Part shown: positions 50,601 to 59,148 of the stretch, piece by piece
Layout: every line of letters begins with the position of its first letter
How positions within the stretch are numbered: the first letter of the stretch is position 1
NCBI GenBank assembly: GCA_028280285.1
Contig: JANQMA010000017.1
Location: 993 to 64,992, forward strand
Source of the DNA: Candidatus Omnitrophota bacterium
GTDB lineage: Bacteria > Omnitrophota > Gorgyraeia > Zapsychrales > Zapsychraceae
DNA: 64,000 nucleotides
Direction: 5' to 3'
Made by a program: the position numbers and the translations under genes
The notes under the pieces: generated by a model
Databases searched by the model: none
Told to the model about the DNA's origin: nothing
Seen by the model: the letters and a program-made list of their open reading frames with translations, nothing else

Positions 50601-51059
50601 AAATTGACTAACACGCGTAAAAACAATGAACGCATGGCGATTATCAGGGTTGAAGATTTGGATGGGGAGGTGGAAGTTGTTATTTTTCCATCTGATTATG
50701 TGCAGCTTTCGAGTCACTTAATCGTTGGCGAGGTTGTGTTTTTGACAGGTAAGGTCAATATCCGTAATGACCGGGCGAGCATTGTTGCCTCTGATCTCAA
50801 ACGTGTGCAGGATGTTTATGATTCGATCAAGGCGATTAATGTTGATCTAAGTACCATAGATGATACTCATTTAGGAAAACTTAAGGGTAAACTCACATCT
50901 CATCCGGGGCGTGTGCCTGTTTTTCTTAATGTGCATACCAATGAACACAAAAGTGTCCAAATCCTTGTCGGAGAAGACCTTCATGTCTCGCCTAATGAAA
51001 GTTTGATGAACGAAATCAAGTCTATTGTCGGTCGTGAAAACTTTTCGGTTACGTTCTAA
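47625..51059 (+). CDS. dnaE: DNA polymerase III alpha subunit
   Basis: PHP domain (FVHLHVHTQYSLLDGA), polymerase core (GFISYFIITWDFIHYAK...PGRGSAAGS), fingers and an OB-fold C-terminus. 1144 aa. Confidence 0.97.
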   Translation: MNQSKFVHLHVHTQYSLLDGACRIKELIKKAKEYDMPALAITDHGNMFGAVEFYRACQSEGIKPIIGCEVYVAMNGSRLEKTPANRATNHLTLFVKDFEGYKNLLKLVSTASIDGFYYFPRIDKELLAQHSKGLICSSGCLKGEVAWHLRDSNYNAALKAADEHLRIFGKDNYYIEMMNHGIDVQKEVNEGLMKIARELDVPVIATNDVHYLEKKHAKAHEALLCIQTQTTLDDPRRMRLNADEYYFKSAEEMTKLFDWCPAAVSNTVKLADKCNFDFDFDTFHMPNYTPPGGKSQSEFLRELCEEGIKTRYGQETEEIRERLEYEFSVIEKMGFISYFIITWDFIHYAKEHGIPVGPGRGSAAGSIVSYLIGITDLDPLKYGLLFERFLNPDRAGMPDIDIDFCYERRPEVIEYVNQKYSKENVAQIITFGTLQARAAIRDVGRVMGASYSDVDRIAKLIPNDLGITIDEALAKEPQLPDLMKKDRQVRDIVEMARTLEGLNRHTSMHAAGVVIADKNLVEYCPIVKTNDGHMTTGYSMKWVAEIGLLKMDFLGLRTLTVIDDAIKLVKKRHNIDINPQEIPLDDKKTYDMLSRARSFGVFQLESAGMRELLKKVKPSDFEDIISVLALYRPGPMGSGMLDDFIKRKSGRVAFEYDHPKLEPVLKDTYGIIIYQEQVMQIPVVLAGFTLTQADHLRRAMSKKIQSVMDRMRTDFVKGCVKHSQMTEAKANDLFDLIDYFSGYGFNRSHSAAYAFITFQTAYLKANYPVECMCAILNSELNNTDKVVEYVKECEVMGIKVLPPDINESFKQFHVVDDTTIRFGLLAVKNVGSSAIDSIVDGRKDGTYTSIQDVCDRVDLRQVNKKVFESLIKSGAADSLQGFRSQKLAILERSLELGGKTQKEKAAGQVSFFDMMDDSGGFDTETEKLPDLAEWEDNQKLSFEKEVLGFYVSGHPLSHYQVEIKEFTNLTSKSLDQTRDGADVRIVGMISAVKLTNTRKNNERMAIIRVEDLDGEVEVVIFPSDYVQLSSHLIVGEVVFLTGKVNIRNDRASIVASDLKRVQDVYDSIKAINVDLSTIDDTHLGKLKGKLTSHPGRVPVFLNVHTNEHKSVQILVGEDLHVSPNESLMNEIKSIVGRENFSVTF

Positions 51060-51087
51060 GAGAAATAAAAGTGGTTGTAATAAATTA

Positions 51088-51172
51088 GGTTAAAGGTTTT
51101 AGGTATTAGGTTTTAGTAAAACAAATGGCTAACACCCAACGCCTGAAACCTAAAACCTTCTGTCATTTAACC
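51088..51172. repeat. GGTTAAAGGTTTTAGGT-family palindromic element, copy 1 (after dnaE)
   Basis: GGTTAAAGGTTTTAGGTATTAGGTTTTAG ... CTGAAACCTAAAACCTTC ... TTAACC. Confidence 0.75.
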
Positions 51173-51302
51173 AATCCTTGCTCCCATATTTTCCCTTGAC
51201 ACCTTAAACCATTGTTGTTACGATACTTAGCATTGATCCCCGCTTTGCCCACTTACAGCTGCGCAATGAGAATCCGGCAAAGCGAGAACAGGAGGAAATA
51301 CG

Positions 51303-51575
51303 ATGACCAAAAAGGACATTGTTCTAAAAATCACGGATATGACTGGGATTAAACAAGTTGACGTAAAACGCATAGTGCAGAAGACTTTTGATGTTATCGT
51401 CGAAAGCCTTGTCAGAGACGAAAAAGTGGAATTGCGTAACTTTGGTGTGTTTAAAATCAAAGAACGTAAAGCCCGTTTCGGACGCAACCCGCGTACTGGG
51501 GAAAGCGTACCTGTGCCGCCGCGTAAAGTCGTTATCTTTAAGCCCGGTTTAGAGATGAAACAGCGTATTAAGTAA
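51303..51575 (+). CDS. HU/IHF-family DNA-binding protein
   Basis: MTKKDIV..., the beta-arm GRNPRTGESVPVPPRKVV and FKPG. 90 aa. A TTGACA -35-like hexamer at 51198. Confidence 0.85.
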   Translation: MTKKDIVLKITDMTGIKQVDVKRIVQKTFDVIVESLVRDEKVELRNFGVFKIKERKARFGRNPRTGESVPVPPRKVVIFKPGLEMKQRIK

Positions 51576-51681
51576 TTTGGCTTAAAGGCTATTACTTACG
51601 TAAATATATCTTATTTAATAGGTTATGAAAATACCCCGCCATTTCTAAGAGTGTAGAAAGGGCGGGGTATTAAGGTTTTTT

Positions 51682-52956
51682 ATGGGTAAAAGTTTTAGTT
51701 TACCAAGAGGAACCGCCGATATTCTTCCATCTGATATTACCGCTTGGCGGTATTTGGAGTCTAGCGCGCGTCAATTTTTCTCTGTTTACAATTACAAGGA
51801 AATCAGGACACCCAACTTTGAGGAAACCGAGCTGTTTGCCCGCTCCATGGGACAGAGTAGCGATGTTGTGCAAAAGCAGATTCTGTCGCTTCGGTCCCAA
51901 AAGGCTGATGCCGCTGAAGACAGCGGGTTGGCGCTCAGACCCGAAGGCACGGCGTCTGTGGTCCGTTCCTATATCCAGAATAATGTGGACCGCAAGGAGT
52001 CTTTAAGTAAATATTTCTATATCGGGCCGATGTTTCGCGGTGAACGTCCGCAAAAGGGGCGCTTGCGCCAGTTTCATCAAATGGGTGTTGAGGCGATCGG
52101 GCCTGATTCAGCCTCTCCTTATCTGGATGCCGAGGTTATTGCCCTGGCGGTTAATCTGCTTAAAGGTTTGGGTCTTAAAGGGTTTACACTTAAGATCAAT
52201 ACATTAGGCTCAAAAGAAGATAAAGAGGCCTTTTCTAAGAAATTAAGAGAAGATTTAAAGCCGCATTTGGCCAAATTGTCCGATGAGTCCAAGCAGCGTT
52301 ATGAACGTAATGTTTTTCGTATCTTAGACAGCAAATCTAAAGAAGATAAAGCAATTGTAAAGAACTTAAAGCTTGATCATTCGTATCTTTCCAAAGAAAG
52401 TTTGGATTATTACACCAAGGTCAAAGAAAATTTAACGGCGCTGGGTGTTGCGTTTGAAGAATCGGTTGATTTGGTACGCGGACTTGATTATTACACGCAT
52501 ACAGTGTTTGAAATTTGTGATTCGTCACTTGGTGCGCAGGATGCGCTTGGAGCCGGCGGGCGTTACGGGACGCTGGTTGCGCAGCTTGGCGGCAGCGATA
52601 ATGTGGAAGCGATCGGTTTTGCGCTTGGCATGGAGCGAATACTGCTTGCTTTGGGCAAAGTGGATATTAAGCAAAGTGCACTAGATACCTTTGTGATCGC
52701 CATGGATGATGCAGCGGTGTCCTATGCCTTTCATGTATTAAATAAATTGCGTGCAAGCAATATCAGTGCCGATATGCATTTTAAAGGCGGTTCGGCGAAA
52801 AGCCAGATGCGAATCGCTAATAAGTCCGGCGCACGTTTTACAGTGATTATCGGTGCACAAGAAGTTCAAAATAAAACCGTAACCTTGAAGGATATGGATT
52901 CGGGGGAGCAGGAAGAACTCGCGCTACAGGAAGCGATAAGTAAAATAAAAAGTTAA
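51682..52956 (+). CDS. hisS: histidine--tRNA ligase
   Basis: Class II motifs (RGTADILP, FRGERPQKGRLRQFHQ, GGGRYG) and a C-terminal anticodon-binding domain. Confidence 0.92.
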   Translation: MGKSFSLPRGTADILPSDITAWRYLESSARQFFSVYNYKEIRTPNFEETELFARSMGQSSDVVQKQILSLRSQKADAAEDSGLALRPEGTASVVRSYIQNNVDRKESLSKYFYIGPMFRGERPQKGRLRQFHQMGVEAIGPDSASPYLDAEVIALAVNLLKGLGLKGFTLKINTLGSKEDKEAFSKKLREDLKPHLAKLSDESKQRYERNVFRILDSKSKEDKAIVKNLKLDHSYLSKESLDYYTKVKENLTALGVAFEESVDLVRGLDYYTHTVFEICDSSLGAQDALGAGGRYGTLVAQLGGSDNVEAIGFALGMERILLALGKVDIKQSALDTFVIAMDDAAVSYAFHVLNKLRASNISADMHFKGGSAKSQMRIANKSGARFTVIIGAQEVQNKTVTLKDMDSGEQEELALQEAISKIKS

Positions 52957-53228
52957 AAGTAAAAATTAAAAAAGAAAATTTAAAATTTAAAGAAACTGAG
53001 AAATAAAAAATAAATTAAAAATTGTATTTGGTAATTGGTATTTAGTAATTGGAGGTTAATGATTTATAAATTAGTTTCATAACGAAAACATGATTTCGAA
53101 AAATTCTATTTCAATGCTTTTATTAACTAATTACCAATTACTAACGACCAAATACAATTTTAATTTTTAAATTTATTTAACTTTTAAATTTTCTTTTTTA
53201 ATTTTTATTTCTCATTTTTAAATTATTT
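52957..53228. repeat. Long (about 270 bp) AT-rich imperfect palindrome (MITE-like) filling the hisS-aspS intergenic region
   Basis: Outer arms AAAATTAAAAAAGAAAATTTAAAA / TTTTAAATTTTCTTTTTTAATTTT. Inner arms AAAATTGTATTTGGTAATTGGTATTTAGTAATTGG / CCAATTACTAACGACCAAATACAATTTT. Confidence 0.75.
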
Positions 53229-53246
53229 AGAGAGGATTCAAGTAAG

Positions 53247-54635
53247 ATGTTAAGAACACACACCTGTGGAGAACTAAGAAAAGAACACGCCGATCAAGAG
53301 GTTACTTTGTGCGGATGGGTTGACGGACGCCGTGATCATGGAAAATTGATCTTTATTGATATCCGTGACCGATATGGCAAAACACAAGTGGTGTTTGTCC
53401 CGGCTGTCAGTAAAGAAGCGCACGCGGTGGCCGAAAAGTTAGGCCCTGAATATGTGGTGAAGATCACCGGTAAGGTTGTGGCGCGTCCGGACAAGCTAGT
53501 GAATAAAGACTTATCAACAGGCGAAGTTGAACTTTGCGCCGAAGGTTTAGAAATTCTAAATGAAAGTAAAACGCCGGTTTTTGAAATCAATGATGATGTT
53601 GATGTCGGTGAAGAACACCGCTTGACCTATCGCTATTTGGATTTGCGTCGTTCGAAAGTATTACAAGCATTAGAATTGCGTCACAGACTATGCGCTGCGA
53701 TTCACACATTTCTTGATCAAGAAGGATTTTTTGAAATTGAAACACCGGTTTTAACCAAATCAACGCCGGAAGGCGCGCGCGACTTTTTGGTGCCGGCCCG
53801 TCTCAATCCGGGCAGTTTTTATGCGCTGCCGCAGTCACCACAGCTTTTTAAACAAATGCTCATGGTTTCCGGTCTTGATAAATATTATCAAATTGTAAAG
53901 TGTTTCCGCGATGAGGACCTGCGGGCCGACCGTCAGCCGGAGTTCACACAGCTTGATATGGAGATGTCCTTTGTTAATGAAGAAGATATTTTTGATGTGA
54001 CTGAACGTATGTATAAGGCAATTTTTAAAGAAGTTAAGGGGATCGATATTCCGACGCCTTTCCCGCGCATGACGCATGCTGAGGCCATGGCCAAATACAA
54101 TTCCGATAAACCGGATTTACGCAAAGACACAAACGATGTCAATGAGTTTGCCTTTGTTTGGATTACGGAGTTTCCGATGTTTTTTAAAGACGAGGATTCC
54201 GGCCGCTGGGTGAGCGAGCATCATCCGTTTACGTCTCCTTCGGTTGAGGATATCGCAGAACTGGATCGCGAGGATAAAAGCAATATTCCGTCACGCGCTT
54301 ATGATTTGGTACTTAATGGGAACGAGATTGGCAGTGGTTCGGTGCGTATTCATAAAAAAGAACTGCAGCAGAAAATATTTGATATAATAGGTCTCGATGG
54401 GGAAGAGGCCGAAAAACGTTTCGGCTTTCTCTTAAGAGCATTTGAATACGGTGCTCCGCCGCATGCGGGTGTTGCTTACGGGGTCGACAGACTCGTTGCG
54501 ATTTTATCAGGCCTTGATTCGATCCGGGATACGATTGCTTTTCCAAAGACGCAAAAGGGAAGCTGTTTGGTAACTGATGCGCCGAGTGATGTGGATGGCG
54601 GACAATTAAAAGATCTTGGGTTAAGAACGTTATAA
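53247..54635 (+). CDS. aspS: aspartate--tRNA ligase (compact 462-aa form lacking the bacterial GAD insertion)
   Basis: N-terminal OB fold (MLRTHTCGELR...GWV...GKLIFIDIRD), class II motifs (FRDEDLRADRQPEFTQLDME, GSGSVRIH, GGVAYGVDRL). Confidence 0.88.
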   Translation: MLRTHTCGELRKEHADQEVTLCGWVDGRRDHGKLIFIDIRDRYGKTQVVFVPAVSKEAHAVAEKLGPEYVVKITGKVVARPDKLVNKDLSTGEVELCAEGLEILNESKTPVFEINDDVDVGEEHRLTYRYLDLRRSKVLQALELRHRLCAAIHTFLDQEGFFEIETPVLTKSTPEGARDFLVPARLNPGSFYALPQSPQLFKQMLMVSGLDKYYQIVKCFRDEDLRADRQPEFTQLDMEMSFVNEEDIFDVTERMYKAIFKEVKGIDIPTPFPRMTHAEAMAKYNSDKPDLRKDTNDVNEFAFVWITEFPMFFKDEDSGRWVSEHHPFTSPSVEDIAELDREDKSNIPSRAYDLVLNGNEIGSGSVRIHKKELQQKIFDIIGLDGEEAEKRFGFLLRAFEYGAPPHAGVAYGVDRLVAILSGLDSIRDTIAFPKTQKGSCLVTDAPSDVDGGQLKDLGLRTL

Positions 54636-54637
54636 AA

Positions 54638-54843
54638 AGTGATAAAGTGATAAAGTGATAAAGTGGTAGAGTGATAAAAAGGTTAAAGGTTTTAGGTTAG
54701 AGGTGAAAATAAATTTTTATTTTAACCCTTCACCTTCAACCTTTAACCAACAGTATTATTTTGATCTTTATTGTTTTTAAATTTTTTACTAGCACTTTAT
54801 CACCAATTGTTACTTTACTTATGAGTATCACTCTATCACTAAT
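54638..54843. repeat. Composite nested palindrome after aspS: GTGATAAAGTG tandem-repeat arms flanking a GGTTAAAGGTTTTAGGT-family element
   Basis: 54638-54678 (GTGATAAAGTGATAAAGTGATAAAGTGGTAGAGTGATAAAA), then 54680-54748 (GGTTAAAGGTTTTAGGTTAGAGGTG ... CACCTTCAACCTTTAACC), then 54792-54843 (CACTTTATCACC ... ATCACTCTATCACT, inverted). Confidence 0.75.
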
Positions 54844-54873
54844 CATTGTTTATTATTCAATAAGGAGCTCACT

Positions 54874-55455
54874 ATGCGGAATAAATTTTTTTTACTGCTA
54901 ATATCTATTGTGTGTATAGGTGCTTTAGCGCAGGGATGTAGTTATGTGCGCGAAGATACAGAGGTGAAACATTATCTGCAAGATAAAAAGCGTGTCGATT
55001 TAGGGATGCACGGCAATGCCGGCTATCTTCAGGGGCGACCGGCTGAAGTGTCCGGTCCGACCAAAGATACACGTAAAGTATATGTGGTTGAATTCACCAA
55101 GCCTGGCCCTGATTTAGGTTTGGACGAAGACGGCACGGTCACAAAAACAACGGTTGTTGATGATGGTGTAACTCAGGAAACAGAGGTGCGCGTGGTGGAC
55201 AGCCGTCCGAAAGTTAATATTCCGACCTTTGAAGACGAAGAAACGCCTTGGGGGATGGAAGATGATGAAATGAACGAGATTGTGAACTTTACCGAATACA
55301 CCGTCGAGAAAAACGATACCTTGCAGAAAATATCCAAAAAATTCTACAACTCCTACAGTAAATGGCCGAAAATTTATGATGTCAATCGTGAGGTCATCAA
55401 AGATCCGAATTTTGTTAAACCCGGAACAGTAATTAAAATACCTGATATTCAATAA
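54874..55455 (+). CDS. LysM-domain lipoprotein
   Basis: Lipobox LAQGCS. C-terminal LysM (YTVEKNDTLQKISKKFY...WPKIYDVNR..IKDPNFVKPGTVIKIP). Confidence 0.75.
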   Translation: MRNKFFLLLISIVCIGALAQGCSYVREDTEVKHYLQDKKRVDLGMHGNAGYLQGRPAEVSGPTKDTRKVYVVEFTKPGPDLGLDEDGTVTKTTVVDDGVTQETEVRVVDSRPKVNIPTFEDEETPWGMEDDEMNEIVNFTEYTVEKNDTLQKISKKFYNSYSKWPKIYDVNREVIKDPNFVKPGTVIKIPDIQ

Positions 55456-55456
55456 G

Positions 55457-55513
55457 CAGTTGCTCGTTGCTGGTTGCTCGTTGCTAGCAACTAGCATCAA
55501 GCAACTAGCAACT
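55457..55513. repeat. GTTGCTCGTTGCT / AGCAACTAGCAAC palindromic element after the LysM gene
   Basis: GCAGTTGCTCGTTGCTGGTTGCTCGTTGCTAGCAACTAGCATCAAGCAACTAGCAACT. Confidence 0.7.
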
Positions 55514-55523
55514 ATACATAAGC

Positions 55524-56471
55524 ATGAGCACATTAATTCAATTCGAAAGTAACAAAGACCTGCAGTCTATCTTTGGTCAGTTTGATAAAAATATTAAGCT
55601 TGTTGAAAAAGAGTTTGGTGTTGCTATTGTCCGCAAAGACACAGGTATCAAGATCAGCGGGGAAAAAGCTGATGTGGCCAACGCTACAAAACTTTTTGAA
55701 TATCTTCAAGATTTAATCGCCGATGGCTCAGGTATTAAATATCGCGATGTGGTGTATGCGATTAAGTTGTTTCAGTCTAAAGAACCGATTGATGTTCAAA
55801 AGCTTGCCAAAGGAAAAATCGAAGTTCCTATTCAAGGAACGCTTGTCACACCTAAAACAAAGGGACAGATTGAATACGTTGAAGCGATTAAGACCAATGA
55901 TATTGTCTTTGGCTGCGGACCGGCAGGGACAGGAAAGACGTATTTAGCTATGGCCATGGCGGTTAATGCCTTTAAGCGCGGGCTTGTGCGGCGTATTATT
56001 CTCACGCGTCCGGCGATTGAGGCCGGCGAAAGCCTTGGGTTCTTGCCGGGAGATATGGCCGAGAAGGTTTCGCCTTATGTGCGTCCACTGTATGATGCGC
56101 TCTATGACATGATGGATGCTGCGAAAGTTGAGGAGCTTACAGAAAAGGGTATTATTGAAGTTGCCCCGCTTGCTTTTATGCGCGGACGGACGCTTAATGA
56201 TGCCTTTGTGGTCCTTGATGAGGCGCAAAACTCAACACCGTTTCAGATGAAGATGTTTTTAACACGTCTCGGGTTTGATTCTAAAACAGTTATTACCGGG
56301 GATGTGACCCAAAGTGATTTGCCTAAAGGCACACCGAACGGCCTGGAAGATGCCTGCCGTATTCTAAAAAACATGGAAGGTATTCAATTTATTGAATTGA
56401 CCGGCGAGGATGTTGTCCGCCATGAGCTTGTCCAACGCATAATTGAGGCTTATGAACATGACGACAGTTGA
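55524..56471 (+). CDS. phoH: PhoH-like ATPase (PhoH/YbeZ)
   Basis: Walker A GPAGTGKTYLA and Walker B FVVLDEAQN. Confidence 0.9.
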   Translation: MSTLIQFESNKDLQSIFGQFDKNIKLVEKEFGVAIVRKDTGIKISGEKADVANATKLFEYLQDLIADGSGIKYRDVVYAIKLFQSKEPIDVQKLAKGKIEVPIQGTLVTPKTKGQIEYVEAIKTNDIVFGCGPAGTGKTYLAMAMAVNAFKRGLVRRIILTRPAIEAGESLGFLPGDMAEKVSPYVRPLYDALYDMMDAAKVEELTEKGIIEVAPLAFMRGRTLNDAFVVLDEAQNSTPFQMKMFLTRLGFDSKTVITGDVTQSDLPKGTPNGLEDACRILKNMEGIQFIELTGEDVVRHELVQRIIEAYEHDDS

Positions 56472-57900
56472 GACCACCAAATCACATGAGCAAATAACAA
56501 GATACGTGACAGCCACCTTTTTAGGAATTTTGTTTGTTGCTTTTTGTTATTTGATGAACTACTCATTAATACTTCCGTTGTTGGTCATACTGATGGGCGC
56601 TCATTTGCGTCTTTCGCGTAATATCAATTCGCGTATGCTGCTTAATCTTGGCTTATTATTCATGGTCATTGTGGCACTCGCGTATTTCATACAATATAAA
56701 TTTCCCAACACAACATTTGTGATCCCTGTTGCCAGTATTGGTATGTTAACGATGCTTTTATTTAATAGCTATCGATTAACATTGATTATGTCATTTGTGA
56801 CGAGTGTGTTTGTCGGCAATATGCTCGATGGTGGTTTTGGCATGATGATTATGTTTTTTTCTGGCGCTATGGTCGGTGGATATGCCGTTTATGAAGCACG
56901 GACACGAGGGCAGTTATTTACAGCGGGGCTTTTTGCCAGTGCAATACAAACTATTGCTTTAATTTTGATGTACCCTGACTCACAGAAAATTCTAGCCGGG
57001 GAGTTTATGAGTGAATATCTTTATCCGACTGTTGCCAATGGTTTTCTTTCTGCGCTTTTTGTTGTTGCGACACTAAAAATATTTGAGTCAATTTGTGGCG
57101 TTTTGACGAACTTCAGCTTGCTGGAATTATCCGACTTTAATAATCCGCTTCTTAAACGTATGATTATGGAGGCGCCGGGCACCTATCATCACAGTTTGGT
57201 TGTCAGTAACCTAGCCGAGGCTGCGTCGAATGAGATCGGGGCGAATGGACTTTTGACGCGTGTAGGTGCGTACTATCATGATATCGGCAAAATGTCGAAG
57301 CCTGAATACTTCACGGAAAATCAATTGATGGGCGGCAATAAACATGATGCGATTGAACCATCGATGAGCCGATTGGTTATTATTAATCATGTGAAAGAAG
57401 GAATTGAACTTGCTAAGAAGCATAAGTTAAATCAGGCTATCATTGATTTTATTCCGCAGCATCACGGGACATCGCTTATTTTCTATTTTCATCAAAAGGC
57501 GATTGAAGGGGCCGGTGATGTGCGTGAAGTTGATGAGGAAAATTACCGTTATCCCGGACCTAAACCGCAGACACGTGAGACCGCGATCACACTTTTGGCG
57601 GATTCGGTGGAAGGGGCCACGCGCGCGCTTGATGAGCATACACCAAGCAGTATTCAAGAGACAGTGCAGAAGGTTATCAATAATAAATTTATCGACGGGC
57701 AGCTGGATGAATGTCCACTGACACTCAAGGAAATTGACCGGATTGCTAAAACATTTACCCGCATCTTAAGCGCGATGTATCACGGACGCGTTAAATATCC
57801 TGAAAAGAAAAAAGAGAATGGACATTCAAATAGAAAATCTTCAGAAAAAGATAATTCTGAAACCAATTCCGATCAAGAACCTGGTCCAAACGGTTCTTAA
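56443..57900 (+). CDS. 7TM receptor with intracellular HD hydrolase (YqfF/PgpH-like)
   Basis: Multiple TM helices followed by the HD domain (HSLVVSNLAE...YYHDIGK...QHHGT). Confidence 0.85.
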   Translation: MRLMNMTTVETTKSHEQITRYVTATFLGILFVAFCYLMNYSLILPLLVILMGAHLRLSRNINSRMLLNLGLLFMVIVALAYFIQYKFPNTTFVIPVASIGMLTMLLFNSYRLTLIMSFVTSVFVGNMLDGGFGMMIMFFSGAMVGGYAVYEARTRGQLFTAGLFASAIQTIALILMYPDSQKILAGEFMSEYLYPTVANGFLSALFVVATLKIFESICGVLTNFSLLELSDFNNPLLKRMIMEAPGTYHHSLVVSNLAEAASNEIGANGLLTRVGAYYHDIGKMSKPEYFTENQLMGGNKHDAIEPSMSRLVIINHVKEGIELAKKHKLNQAIIDFIPQHHGTSLIFYFHQKAIEGAGDVREVDEENYRYPGPKPQTRETAITLLADSVEGATRALDEHTPSSIQETVQKVINNKFIDGQLDECPLTLKEIDRIAKTFTRILSAMYHGRVKYPEKKKENGHSNRKSSEKDNSETNSDQEPGPNGS

Positions 57901-58318
57901 AGGCGAAGGGATAAAAAGCGCTGCGCTTGATCTTGCCTTCGTTACCGCACAAAAGATACGTTCGATTAATAGCAAATATTTAAATCATCATTATGTGACG
58001 GATGTTATTACGTTTGATTACGGTGGTCCGTGGTCTGTGGTCCGTGGTCGGAGTCCTAAAATTAATACACAGAAAACAGACCACAGAAAACAGACCACTT
58101 TAAATGGTGAAATTATTATTTCCACCGATGCGGTCAGGCAGAATGCGCGCAAGTTTAAAACCAGTGAGGCATATGAGCTTGCGCTTTATCTCGTGCATGG
58201 CATTTTGCATTTGTTGGGGTATGATGATAAGACAGTGAAAGATAAGGCGGTCATGCGTGAGGCGGAGGAGAGGGTAATGGGGTATTTGGGTAAAAAAATA
58301 GATAAGGTAAACGCATGA
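57818..58318 (+). CDS. ybeY: rRNA maturation endoribonuclease YbeY carrying an in-frame palindromic-element insertion of about 25 aa
   Basis: Zinc-binding HGILHLLGYDD motif. Insert GGPWSVVRGRSPKINTQKTDHRKQTTLNG lies between VITFDY and EIIISTDAV. Confidence 0.85.
   Translation: MDIQIENLQKKIILKPIPIKNLVQTVLKGEGIKSAALDLAFVTAQKIRSINSKYLNHHYVTDVITFDYGGPWSVVRGRSPKINTQKTDHRKQTTLNGEIIISTDAVRQNARKFKTSEAYELALYLVHGILHLLGYDDKTVKDKAVMREAEERVMGYLGKKIDKVNA
58023..58098. repeat. GTGGTCYGTG-family element, copy 6, in frame inside ybeY
   Basis: GGTGGTCCGTGGTCTGTGGTCCGTGGTCGGAG...CACAGAAAACAGACCACAGAAAACAGACCAC. Confidence 0.85.
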
Positions 58319-59055
58319 TCATCACCACCCAAGGCATTGTCCTTAAATCATTCGACTTTCGTGAAACGAGTAGGATTGCGACGCTTTTTTCTAAAGACTA
58401 CGGCAAGGTCAGTGGTATCCTTAAAGGTATACGGACGGATCCGCGTAAATTCGGAAGTTCTTTAGATAAATTTTCGCTCAATGATTTTGTCTATTACAAA
58501 TACAGCCGTACAGATTTGCATCTCATCAGTCAGTGTGATTTGAAGCAATTTTATTTTCCGATCCGTCAGGATTACAAGCGTAATCTGGCTGCCAATTATG
58601 CTGTCGAGCTCATTGATGTTGTGATGCCGCAGGAACAGGCTAATAGCGATATTTTTAAGCTCTTACTTAATTATCTTGAGTCACTTGAAAGTGTTGAGGA
58701 TATCGATAAGCTGGTTCATATTTTCCAAATTAAGATGTTGGTGTTGTCAGGCTTTCGCCCGCATTTAGATTCCTGTGTCAAAACAGGCCAAATGATTAAG
58801 GGCAAAGCCAAGTTTGATTTGCGTTCCGGTGGGCTGGTGAGTATGGATTATCCCTTAGAGGACGAAGATTGTGCGGTTATCTCTAAAGGGGCGGTATCAT
58901 CACTCCTTTTTATTGAACAAAATACGTGGGAAAAGAGTTTGCGTTTGGCTTTAACCCAGCAGGTTAAAAAAGAACTTAAGTATGTGCTGAATAATTTTTT
59001 GGTGTTTCATTTGGAGCGCAAGATTAAATCGGCACGTTTGTTGCAGGGAACATGA
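58315..59055 (+). CDS. recO: DNA repair protein RecO
   Basis: N-terminal OB fold (MIITTQGIVLKSFDFRETSRIATLFSKDYGKVSGILKG) and 246 aa, in the conserved position after ybeY. Confidence 0.85.
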   Translation: MIITTQGIVLKSFDFRETSRIATLFSKDYGKVSGILKGIRTDPRKFGSSLDKFSLNDFVYYKYSRTDLHLISQCDLKQFYFPIRQDYKRNLAANYAVELIDVVMPQEQANSDIFKLLLNYLESLESVEDIDKLVHIFQIKMLVLSGFRPHLDSCVKTGQMIKGKAKFDLRSGGLVSMDYPLEDEDCAVISKGAVSSLLFIEQNTWEKSLRLALTQQVKKELKYVLNNFLVFHLERKIKSARLLQGT

Positions 59056-59148
59056 TAAATTTTGGGCCGACACATTGGTCGGCCCGTACGGGATAATGAT
59101 GATAAAAATGTAGGGGCGGAGCAATGTCTCCGCCCAAAAGGGTATTGT

